From a virus (taxonomy: Duplodnaviria > Caudoviricetes): a stretch of DNA of 29,878 bases. How positions within the stretch are numbered: position 1 is the first letter of the stretch; the number at the start of each line of letters is the position of its first letter. Position numbers and translations under genes: made by a program. This document shows, one piece after another, positions 1 through 8,900 of this stretch. Under the pieces are notes generated by a model. That model was not told the DNA's origin, searched no databases, and saw only the letters and a list, made by a program, of their open reading frames with translations. Location: IMG/VR virus record IMGVR_UViG_3300032221_000051, positions 1 to 29,878 of that record; one strand, written 5' to 3'.

Positions 1-513
1 AATGTTATTTAGTACTATCGGAATATCCATTGTAATCTCCATCTCAGGAATAAGATTACACGTAATAGTCCAGTCTGGTGTAAAGAACGGAAGTATCTGC
101 TCCATTATCTTGGTGCCGTCTTCTACGTTCTTAGCATATACGTATGCTTTAAATCCGATGTTATACGGAGTAGGCACGTATTGATATCTTAAGTTCTTCT
201 TACTGGCAACGTCTGCTACGACGACTCTGTTGGTCGTGTTTAGCTTGCGGTCGCCGTCATATCTAATCTGCCCCATCTCAAATGATATCATCGGAAGAGG
301 ATTAGTAGCAGAAGTCTTATCAAAAGCAGGATCTTGAAGTATACGAGCAAGCATCTTATCAACAGGCGCATATGTTACTGGAACCTTTAAAAGTTGAGTT
401 ACTTGATTCTCTTCATTGGTTCTTGTAATCTTCATGTTGTTAAGCAGCGTACCCATAAGGATAACGTACTTACGCATCAAACTAAAGTAGAATGGGTCTC
501 TATTAAATGCCAT
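1..513 (-). CDS. gp15: T4-like gp15 tail sheath stabiliser/tail terminator, 5' part (runs off the window)
   Basis: Not in the ORF track; translated by hand from ATG at 513: MAFNRDPFYFSLMRKYVILMGTLLNNMKITR...KVPVTYAP...LPMISFEMGQIRYDGDRK...YVPTPYNIGF...QILPFFTPDW...DIPIVLNN. These are gp15 motifs. It follows gp13-gp14 with a TAATG overlap at 511-515. Confidence 0.92.
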   Translation of the reverse strand, partial: MAFNRDPFYFSLMRKYVILMGTLLNNMKITRTNEENQVTQLLKVPVTYAPVDKMLARILQDPAFDKTSATNPLPMISFEMGQIRYDGDRKLNTTNRVVVADVASKKNLRYQYVPTPYNIGFKAYVYAKNVEDGTKIMEQILPFFTPDWTITCNLIPEMEITMDIPIVLNNI

Positions 514-1253
514 TATATCCCCGAATCTCCGAACGGATCGCTCTCTGAGAAGTCAATAAATTCCCATCCCTTAAACACCGTACCTTCAGAATTAATATCT
601 TGTTCATCGTCTGCGAAGTCTTTATCAACAGCATCAGAACCTTCAAGGATAAAGTAGTTACCTTCTTCATCTGTAATATCTTGAGGTGTTTCTGTCTGTA
701 TAGTCCAATCAAGAATATTAAGACTATTAAGATATTGAATATCGTCGATAGCAGGAATACCCGTATTGAATACTTCACCTGAGTATTCGAACATCTCGCA
801 TGTCATATCCCATGTCTGCAATGTGCCAAGCTGATAGAACATCTCATAGTTATTAACAAACCGTATCTGGAATACTCTGTTATTCAGTGGGAAGTATATG
901 ATGTCGCCTTCGTTAGGGCGAACCTGAGTTGTCACATCGCCGATCTCTTCTGAGAATCTACGACGTGCAACAGAGAATACAACCTGATTTCGTATTTCAA
1001 CGCCGAACTTAGATAGGAATTCGCCATCGCCAGAAAAACCATCGATAGACTTTATGTACATCTCTATAGGAATAGCCTGATCATATGATGACTGATCATC
1101 TGCTTCATATAGCTTATCGAAGTTGTTTATGGTTCTTGGAATGTATAGAACTTCCTGTCCATAGATCTTTACGCTCTCGATAATAAGATTTTCGAGAAGC
1201 AGCTGCTCTTGCGAGGACTGAAAGTTATTGAAAAAGAAGTTCGTGGTCGGCAT
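513..1253 (-). CDS. gp14: T4-like neck protein gp14
   Basis: EQLLLENLIIESVKIYGQEVLYIPR, SKFGVEIRNQVVFSVARRRF, RPNEGDIIYFPL and FYQLG are gp14 motifs; lies between gp13 and gp15. Confidence 0.93.
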   Translation of the reverse strand: MPTTNFFFNNFQSSQEQLLLENLIIESVKIYGQEVLYIPRTINNFDKLYEADDQSSYDQAIPIEMYIKSIDGFSGDGEFLSKFGVEIRNQVVFSVARRRFSEEIGDVTTQVRPNEGDIIYFPLNNRVFQIRFVNNYEMFYQLGTLQTWDMTCEMFEYSGEVFNTGIPAIDDIQYLNSLNILDWTIQTETPQDITDEEGNYFILEGSDAVDKDFADDEQDINSEGTVFKGWEFIDFSESDPFGDSGI

Positions 1254-1255
1254 GA

Positions 1256-1996
1256 CTATCCGATCATATCTGTGACAGGCAAGCTGTAAGTATAGATCAT
1301 TTCTTGCTCAAGCTTAGCGCGATCAGCAGAAGCTTCATCGTATATTCTTTGACCATTAAATACAAGACCACCTGGCATCTTCATACCATCAAACTTCTTA
1401 AGGTTCTGACCCCACTGTTGCTTAATCAAACACTCAGCATATAGTTGTAACCAGCGATCACCCCAAGCTTTATACCATACTTCTGGGTCGATGACCTCAT
1501 AAGCTTCTACAATAAGAAAATCTCCAACATTGACAAGATCCCAAGACATATCAAGAAACAGAATGTTCTGATGACGATTATATCTGATAGGCTGTTGCCC
1601 AATGAGAAGTTGCTCTAAGAACTGAATATGGCTAATAGCCATATAGTATGGTATCATAGAAACTGAAGTTAGTGTATACAGGTCGTTAAGAGCAATCTGA
1701 TACCGAATATTGAAAAGATTGTTTGCACCAATAACTTGGCCCAGAGGAAAGATACTTACTGCGCCGATAATATTGTCCGGAAGCTTGATGGCCCTGGCAT
1801 CGATGTTCTCTTGGGTAATCTGGTGCTTATAATACACTTTCTGAGAGCCATCGAAGTGATAATCCCAGTAATATCTCAGAGCCTCGTCAACACGATCATC
1901 TACCTGATCGTCATCCACATTGATCTCAATGACCGGCTTGCCTAGCTTTCTCAGGCAGTATTCTTTGAACTCTTCTCTGGTTGTAGGTACGGCCAT
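1256..1996 (-). CDS. gp13: T4-like neck protein gp13
   Basis: PTTREEFKEYCLRKLGKPVIEINVDDDQVDDRVDEAL...YHFDG, IKQQWGQNLKKFDGMKMPGGLVFNGQRIYDEA; AAGGAA SD upstream. Confidence 0.95.
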   Translation of the reverse strand: MAVPTTREEFKEYCLRKLGKPVIEINVDDDQVDDRVDEALRYYWDYHFDGSQKVYYKHQITQENIDARAIKLPDNIIGAVSIFPLGQVIGANNLFNIRYQIALNDLYTLTSVSMIPYYMAISHIQFLEQLLIGQQPIRYNRHQNILFLDMSWDLVNVGDFLIVEAYEVIDPEVWYKAWGDRWLQLYAECLIKQQWGQNLKKFDGMKMPGGLVFNGQRIYDEASADRAKLEQEMIYTYSLPVTDMIG

Positions 1997-2014
1997 GGAA
2001 TATTCCTTTTTGGA

Positions 2015-2022
2015 TATTTATA
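2015..2022 (-). promoter_or_regulatory. T4-type late promoter TATAAATA upstream of gp13
   Basis: Plus strand tatttata at 2015-2022 is TATAAATA on minus, the gp55-dependent late promoter consensus, in the intergenic gap about 18 nt upstream of the gp13 ATG. Confidence 0.8.
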
Positions 2023-2044
2023 CTATTCCACAGTCTCCATTTGA

Positions 2045-2662
2045 CTATACTCTGGCTGCAGTTAGAGCCACCTCATTACCCAGCTGGCCGCGAGGATACG
2101 TATTAAAAGCCAAGCTTATTCTGGTTTCTTTAGCTTCAACAACCTCAACTCGGTGCCTTAGACTAGACGGAAAAATGATTAACTCGTTGGTTCCTACAGG
2201 TAACTTCCAATTATCAGAGTTATACATATTGTACTCTGCTCTAGAGAAATCAAAAAGCATTATATCATTTTTAACAAAACAGATTTTATCTTTACTCTTA
2301 TCTGCATTTACGTAGAATACACCGGATAGAAAAGAGTTGCAGTGATAGTGCTCGTGATGGTACTCGCCAGGATCAGACCAATTTAACCATGACTGGGTTA
2401 GCTCTACCTTTAGGCTTGTATCACTTGGATTATGAATACTTATAAAGTATTCTTTGATAGATCTGTTTATAAACAAGGATAGATCTTTTAAAATAGGATT
2501 ATTTAGAATATACGTGTCTTTACTACTCTTATTTCCTCTGTTTGGTATCTGTTCAGCTGTCTTTAAAAAATTTAAAGTCTCTTCTGATAGCTTCTTTTCG
2601 TACTTAAAGAACATAACTGGAGTGGGAAATAAATGGTAAGTTTGAATATCAGGATTTTCCAT
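2045..2662 (-). CDS. 2OG-Fe(II) dioxygenase, TIGR02466-like family
   Basis: N-terminal LFPTPV; SWLN...YHHEHYHCNSFLSGVFYV (HxH metal ligands); LIIFPSSLRHRV (distal His); RISLAFN (2OG-binding Arg-x-Ser). GGAG SD lies in the P450 3' end, with a 14-nt overlap. Confidence 0.9.
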   Translation of the reverse strand: MENPDIQTYHLFPTPVMFFKYEKKLSEETLNFLKTAEQIPNRGNKSSKDTYILNNPILKDLSLFINRSIKEYFISIHNPSDTSLKVELTQSWLNWSDPGEYHHEHYHCNSFLSGVFYVNADKSKDKICFVKNDIMLFDFSRAEYNMYNSDNWKLPVGTNELIIFPSSLRHRVEVVEAKETRISLAFNTYPRGQLGNEVALTAARV

Positions 2663-3800
2663 AATCTCTCCGCATCATAATATTAGATATCATATCATCG
2701 TTGCCCGATGCAGTCATGATATATTTCAAATCAGAATTATTAGTTATTATCTCATACTTTCCTATCTTATCAAGCAAAATTTCTAGATAAGAACACAGTA
2801 TAGCCCTGGATACAGCAAGCGCAATGCACGCATGAACACCATGACCCCAGGCCAAAGAACCAGTAGTGTCTCTATATATATCAAACCTATCTGGGTTAGT
2901 AAACTTATTAGGGTCTCTATTCGCTGACTCCAAGCATGCAGCGACTCGATCTCCTGGCTTTAAATCGATACCATGCATAGTGATATCTTTTGTAACTGTT
3001 CTTGAAAATCTTCCAGTTGAAGCATGAAATCTAAGCGACTCATCGACTGCTTTTGGTATCAGTGATCTGTCGCTTAGTAATATATCTAATTGATTCTCTC
3101 TATATAGGTCAAGCGTTAGGAATTGCAGTGCTCCTATCATAGAGCTAGCACCTGAAATCATCGGCCCAACAATCAATGAGAACACGTCTAAGTTCTTTGG
3201 GTTATTGTTTATATAGTCATCATATATCCCAGGTCCAAGCGCAGGAACCTTTTGAGATATAGTTGAAATCAATATAGGGTAACTATTGTGCTGGCCCTTA
3301 ATCGAATCTTCTAGACGGGCTGATGGGCTTTTTCTCTGAGTATTAAGAACTATATTCTTAACTTGATCCTTATCTAATGGAAAATTAAGAAACTCAGCTA
3401 CCACCCAAGCACTTAGCTCTTCAGTTATATCTGATAAATCATACGTTGGCTTATCAGTAAAGTAATTATTTGCTTTCTCAGAAAACAATCCTGCTATTCT
3501 CTGTATATTATTCTTGTTGTAAGCATTTCTGACTATATTCTTATAATCATTATGGGTAGGATTATCGCTGGCACCAAGCGTATTGCCGAAGCGCTCAGGC
3601 TGCTCAACTATGAGATTGCCCTTAGCAGAAGAGAATATATCAGGATTATTAAGTATGAAGAATACATCTTCATATCTGGTCATAACATAAAGCTGATACT
3701 TTTCGCTATAATACGCAGAGCCTCTGTTTCTAAGCTCTGCGTACTTTTTAAACTTGCTTATCAGCCATTCGTTAGAATGCGGATCCCACATGCAGCTCAT
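2649..3800 (-). CDS. Cytochrome P450, bacterial soluble type
   Basis: N-terminal Y..LR...YVMTRYEDV..IL..PDIFSS; C-helix DNPTH; K-helix ExxR (VDESLRF); RTVTKDITMHGIDLKPGDRV; ANRDP..F..PDRFDI meander; heme loop LAWGHGVHACIA with the proximal Cys. Start is Met at 3800 or 3791. Confidence 0.95.
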   Translation of the reverse strand: MSCMWDPHSNEWLISKFKKYAELRNRGSAYYSEKYQLYVMTRYEDVFFILNNPDIFSSAKGNLIVEQPERFGNTLGASDNPTHNDYKNIVRNAYNKNNIQRIAGLFSEKANNYFTDKPTYDLSDITEELSAWVVAEFLNFPLDKDQVKNIVLNTQRKSPSARLEDSIKGQHNSYPILISTISQKVPALGPGIYDDYINNNPKNLDVFSLIVGPMISGASSMIGALQFLTLDLYRENQLDILLSDRSLIPKAVDESLRFHASTGRFSRTVTKDITMHGIDLKPGDRVAACLESANRDPNKFTNPDRFDIYRDTTGSLAWGHGVHACIALAVSRAILCSYLEILLDKIGKYEIITNNSDLKYIMTASGNDDMISNIMMRRDYGKS

Positions 3801-3815
3801 AATAAAAATTCTCTA

Positions 3816-4397
3816 TTACGCACCCATCATTGCTACAGAACCTACAGCGCCTTCAACGGCAATCTTAATTCTCCATATTATATCGTTCAGCAGCTTCTTA
3901 TCTTCTTCGCTTAGGCCTTCATTAGTACCATAGTTAAACGTCAGATGATCGATATTTCTTTTCTTAAAGAACTCTAAGAACTCATTAACATCTACGGTTG
4001 TGTTATTAACATCGCTCCATACGACGATCTTTCCGTCTTTTTCATGCATCTGCGCTTGAACGGCATGTTGAAACTCAAACAGAGTTTTAGCGTTTTGTTC
4101 TTCAGTTTCCGCTCGTATTTTCGATAGCTCAAGCTCTTCCGGCGTCTTATCTCTCCACGTATGAACATCAGTATAAGTCGGTGTTCCTAATTGTTTAGTT
4201 AGTTCTTCACTTAATTGATATTCTGTACTTAAAACAATCTGTGTATCACTTTCGTGAACATGGTTTCTTACAAATCTTGCAAACCCATCTGGTGGATTTT
4301 TAGGATCAAGACCCGGAAAATTTGCTGCCATGTTCCAATCAGCAAGAGGATGCTCAAAAGGTTTACCATCTTTAACTTGTATATAAAGTTCCATCAT
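3816..4397 (-). CDS. Hypothetical protein, possibly a tail-fibre-associated accessory or assembly factor
   Basis: 193-aa ORF with AAGGAG SD, packed between the Gly-rich adhesin and the P450. Function is inferred from position only. Confidence 0.7.
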   Translation of the reverse strand: MMELYIQVKDGKPFEHPLADWNMAANFPGLDPKNPPDGFARFVRNHVHESDTQIVLSTEYQLSEELTKQLGTPTYTDVHTWRDKTPEELELSKIRAETEEQNAKTLFEFQHAVQAQMHEKDGKIVVWSDVNNTTVDVNEFLEFFKKRNIDHLTFNYGTNEGLSEEDKKLLNDIIWRIKIAVEGAVGSVAMMGA

Positions 4398-4406
4398 AAA
4401 ACTCCT

Positions 4407-5105
4407 TTAGGTCCAAATAACAAACATATTTCCTGGTTGTCCTGGAGCTGCATTCTGTGGAGCCGCGCCGCCACCGCAACCAAATTGGAAATTAATAGTA
4501 GTACCAGGTATAGGTCTAACAGGATCAGTGTAATTAAAAGTGTAATTCATTTGGCCGCCAGCACCGCCAGCACCACCCCATGCGCCGCCTTGTTGTGGAG
4601 CACCACCTGCACCACCAGCTCCACCACCACCGGCAACTACTGAACCACCACCAGTTGAACTCGAACCGCCACCACCTGGCTGCACATTACCAGGAGCACT
4701 TCCAATACCACCAGGGCCGCCATCACCTTGAGCACTGAAGCCAGGGAATGTCATTACCGTAGCACCGCCTGGTGCACCATTATAACCATTATTACCGATG
4801 CCGTAGATGTTATGGTTGTCACCACCTCCACCTCCACCACCACCAGCATTCAGCGTAAAAGTTATTTGCGAATAGCCAGGCGTAAGAAATGTATAAGGCG
4901 TGCCACATCCATAGCCAGATGCAGGACTAAAGTTCGTATTGCCACCGAGTGACTTACCCCAGAAGTCAGAGTACCTGATCTGGCCTGAAGGAACAGTAGC
5001 TAAGTTTCTAGAATCAGTAGCATTGATGTCGAACTGCGCTATGCCGCCAGTTAGCAGCGTAATAATTTCAGACGCAGATATCTGCCCACTTAATGGTAAA
5101 ACCAT
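4407..5105 (-). CDS. Glycine-rich tail-fibre tip adhesin (gp38-like)
   Basis: N-terminal attachment-type motif LPLSGQISASEI...VPSGQIRYSDFWGKS, then multiple Gly-rich motifs (AGGGGGGGG, GGGGAGGAGG, GGAGGAGG). Directly downstream of an S74-chaperone fibre, matching the T2/S16 gp37-gp38 arrangement. Confidence 0.75.
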   Translation of the reverse strand: MVLPLSGQISASEIITLLTGGIAQFDINATDSRNLATVPSGQIRYSDFWGKSLGGNTNFSPASGYGCGTPYTFLTPGYSQITFTLNAGGGGGGGGDNHNIYGIGNNGYNGAPGGATVMTFPGFSAQGDGGPGGIGSAPGNVQPGGGGSSSTGGGSVVAGGGGAGGAGGAPQQGGAWGGAGGAGGQMNYTFNYTDPVRPIPGTTINFQFGCGGGAAPQNAAPGQPGNMFVIWT

Positions 5106-5107
5106 AA

Positions 5108-5956
5108 TTAACCCTCAACTTTGTCATGCAATTCATTGATAGCTTGAACTAATAAGGCAACGACGCGATCGTAGTGAAGTCCCTTGTATCCGTCTTCTCT
5201 CGTAGCAACGAGCTCAGGCATAACCTTCTCTACCTCGTTGGCAAGCAAGCCAGCTTCTCTCTTTCCTATTTCTTTACCACAAGCTTCAGAAGCAGCTTCG
5301 TTCCAAGTATACAGGTAGCCTTTAATCTTAGAAAGCTTCTCAAGAGCATTAGGAATAGGCTGAATGTTCTCTTTTAAGCGCTCATCAGAAGGCGAACCGT
5401 AGTAAGCCGTAATGTCGTTAGTTGCGATAATAGTTCCAGTAACACCAGATGCTGGAGTACCAACACCTAAGGAGTTGAACTGCGAATTCTGGTTAGTGCC
5501 AGTAAACACGTTAGCCGAATAAGCGTAGATAGCAATATCAGCAATGTTAGCGTATTGCGCTTGGTTCGCGAACAAAGAAAACGTTGCGTAGATGGCTGAG
5601 TTAACGTTTAGGTTAGAAGCAGCATAGCCATTCAAGAAGAGTGCGTTGTTTGCCTGACCAGCAAAGTCAGCGTAGTAAGCGTTTGTTGCATACACGGCAT
5701 TGGCTGCTAGACCAGCGTTTGCAGCGTATCCAGCATTTGCAGCGAAACCAGCAGTATCAGCGTAAACCGAATTTGTAATCTTACCGGTTATCAACGCAGA
5801 GAATGTTGAGAAGCCATTAACGCTAAGCTTCTGTGCCGGCGTTGCATCACCAAGACCCACGTTGCCTGCACTGGATATGTACAGGGTCGTACCGATCTGT
5901 GTTGTGTTGGTCTGACTTACTAGACCATTTTTTACCTGAAAAGCTTTATCTACCAT
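5108..5956 (-). CDS. Short distal tail-fibre protein with C-terminal intramolecular chaperone (peptidase S74)
   Basis: SDERLKENI autocleavage motif, then ALEKL..IKGY.Y.W, GLLANEVEKVMPELV and Y..VVALLVQAINEL; internal 6-aa AxY/FAxN repeats. Confidence 0.88.
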   Translation of the reverse strand: MVDKAFQVKNGLVSQTNTTQIGTTLYISSAGNVGLGDATPAQKLSVNGFSTFSALITGKITNSVYADTAGFAANAGYAANAGLAANAVYATNAYYADFAGQANNALFLNGYAASNLNVNSAIYATFSLFANQAQYANIADIAIYAYSANVFTGTNQNSQFNSLGVGTPASGVTGTIIATNDITAYYGSPSDERLKENIQPIPNALEKLSKIKGYLYTWNEAASEACGKEIGKREAGLLANEVEKVMPELVATREDGYKGLHYDRVVALLVQAINELHDKVEG

Positions 5957-5991
5957 GGTTCACTGTCCCCTATGGGTTGTTATTTTTTTAT

Positions 5992-5999
5992 TATTTATT
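5992..5999 (-). promoter_or_regulatory. Probable late promoter variant AATAAATA upstream of the fibre/adhesin/P450 cluster
   Basis: Plus strand tatttatt at 5992-5999 overlaps the stop of the 1496-aa gene, about 35 nt before the ATG at 5956. One mismatch to TATAAATA in an AT-rich gap. Confidence 0.5.
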
Positions 6000-8900
6000 A
6001 GGTTATTCCGTATCCACCAATAACGAACGTATTTGCACCAACACAAAGTATGGTAGCTAAACCATATTGAGCAAGCGTTCTACTTCCGGTATTAGCAGTT
6101 CCGGCAAGACGCATTGTTACGCCACCGTTCTGTGTAATCGTCTGGTTAGTAGCCGAATCGTTATAAACGTATACTACGTCACCAGCACTAAACACAGCAG
6201 CAGGAACATTAACACCGCCGGTCGTAATAGAGATGTGCTTACCAACATCCGCGGTAGTTAGCGAATAGTTTGTCGTCTGCGGGTTCTGAGGAATACCAAG
6301 ATAACCAACGTTCGATGCAGGTTTAGTTCCAACAAACGACGTATTGTTAGACGTCAGAGTAGCAACGTTTGAAGAAAGACCAGCGGTCGTCTGGTAGTTA
6401 GCTAAGTTGTTAGACAAGTTAGTTGTAGTAACGTAGTTAGCCAAGTTACCAGATAACTGAGCGTTAGATACAACATTAGCTGCAGATACAGTACCAACAA
6501 ACGCTGTATTGTTTGCTGTTACCGCTGCTGTTGCAGTACCCGTAAAGTTAGCAGCATATACCACATTGAACTGATTAGTTGTATTACCAATATCCTGAGT
6601 ACCAACGCCAGTAGCGTTCATATTACCGTTAACGGTTATATTATTAACGATGATATTCTGCCCGTTAGTGAACTGCGGCAATACGTTTGCTGTCCACTGG
6701 GCCGTACCGCCGTCGAAGGCAAATGTAACACCATTAGACGGAGCAAACAGGTTAGAAATAGCGCCATATAATCCTGAGAACGCGTTAGTATAAGCTGTCT
6801 GAGCGTAGTCAGCAGCGTACTGGATCGAGAGGTTGAACGCGTTGTTGGCATAAATGTTAGCCTGAGCGATAGCGTTTACGTACGCTTGATTACCAGCAGT
6901 CTGGGCATAAGCAGCAGATTGTGATTGCGAAGCATAGTTAGCAGTGGCAAGCTGCTGGTTGAGCGAGAACTGTGTAAGATAGTTAGCCAAATTGCCTTGC
7001 AACATTGCGTCTGATACAACGTTTGCAGCCAGCAACGTTCCGACATACTTAGCGCTATTAGCGGTTATCAGATACTGGTTAGCCAGGGTCTGCAACGCAT
7101 TAACAGTAGGCAACGTCATGCCATGTGATAATACCATAAGGTTTGAAGCTGCCTGGTATGTCATATTAAGAGCTGCGCCGCTTATATAGAAGCCAGCACC
7201 ATCGGCAGCAACTTCAGATACTGCACCATAAGCTATATCAAGAAGCTTATCTTTAATGCGTATCTCGTTAGTATTGATATACGCCAAGTTACCGCTTACA
7301 ATAAGGTCTCCGGCAACAGAAACATTACCAGTAAACGCAGCACCTGACAGAAGGGCAACGCCAGTAGAACTATTGACATATGCTTGTGATGCTACCCAAG
7401 CAAGAGCATTGCTGTAAGCAGAATTGGCAAGAATACCAGCTTGAGCAACCGCGTTGCTGTATGCTGTAGCAGATACTGCAATAGCATTATTATATGCTTG
7501 AGCCGCATAGGTCGTGGCCGTATTGGTTATACCAACAATAGCATTTGAGTAAGCGTTAGCAGCCAGCAAACTAGCTTGAGTGACAGCATTGCTATAAGCG
7601 TTGCCCGCGAGCAGGCCAGCTTGGTTAACTGCATTAGTATATGCAGCAGCAGACTGAAGTGTCGCAACACCAGCAGCATTAGTGTAGGCTGCAGTTGCAT
7701 TAGCTGTTACGTCACTGCCAAGAGCATAGCCAGAAGCAATAATACCATTAAGGTATAGAGCATTGTTAGCTGTGCCGACAATAGTCTGAGTAAACGTATG
7801 AGTGTTAGTCCAAGTGAACTGCGCAGCCGTATTAACCGAAGCGGCCGAAGGCGAAGTCCAGTAGATAGCAGTGCCGTTCGATGACAGAACGTCGCCTGGG
7901 TTACCAACAGTACCATTGCCTGTCAATGAACCAGTGACTGCTAAGTTCGAAACACTGATGCTTTGACCATTGGTAAAGCCGCCTGAAGCAGTGTTTGCCC
8001 AGTATACTTTAGCACCATCTGAAGTAAGTACTTGACCTGCGGTACCAACACCACCATTAGCAGTAACAGTATTAACAGTCAAGTCATTAACAGAAATGCT
8101 CTGGCCGTTAGTGAAGCTTGAAGAATGTGTTGTCCAATAAGTGTTAACGCCGTCTGAAGCCAGATATTGACCAGCAGTACCAACAGAACCATTTGAAGTA
8201 AAGCCACCGGTTAGAACAAATGCATTGACCGATATACTTTGGCCATTGACGAAACCGCCAGCACCAGTAGAAGACCAATAAACACTTGAACCATTAGAGG
8301 TTAGAACTTCGCCAGCTAAACCAAGAGCACCGTTGGCCGTAAAGTCACCAGTAACAGCGAACGCATTAACACTAATGCTCTGGCCGTTGACAAAACCACC
8401 GGATATGTTAGCACTGATACCGCCAGTAGCATTTGCAACAATGCTTACACCATCAACGATAACACCACCGAGAACAGTAGTATTTGCCACAGGAAGCGTA
8501 TAGAGAGCGTTAGCATAAGCAGCTGCAGCTTGAGCATCAACGTAACTTACATTAGCATACTCAACATTGCCTGAAGTCGTGATGCCACCAGTGCTATTAA
8601 CACTGAATGGAACAGCATCAAAGTAAATGGTATTAGCCGATACGTATAAGCTCTGCCATTTAGAAGTTGAGTTACCAAGAGAATGAGTATTGTCTGTTGC
8701 AGGAACAACGCTAGTAGCGACGCTCTGGAGGTTGATAGCTATACTATTAGCATAGGCCACGGCATTAGCGTAAGCCGTGGCAGCATCAGCAGCGGCAACA
8801 CCAGAAGCAAATGCTGTAGCATTAGTATACGCAGTGGCCGCATCAGAAGCTGATGTAACGGCAGCAGCCGCAACAGCATTGGCATAAGCCAGAGCAGCAT

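Noticed and set aside
3800-3830. Short RiPP precursor (biarylitide-like MxYxH) upstream of the P450
   Set aside because: Only 15 nt separate the P450 from the upstream gene, and no such mini-ORF is present.
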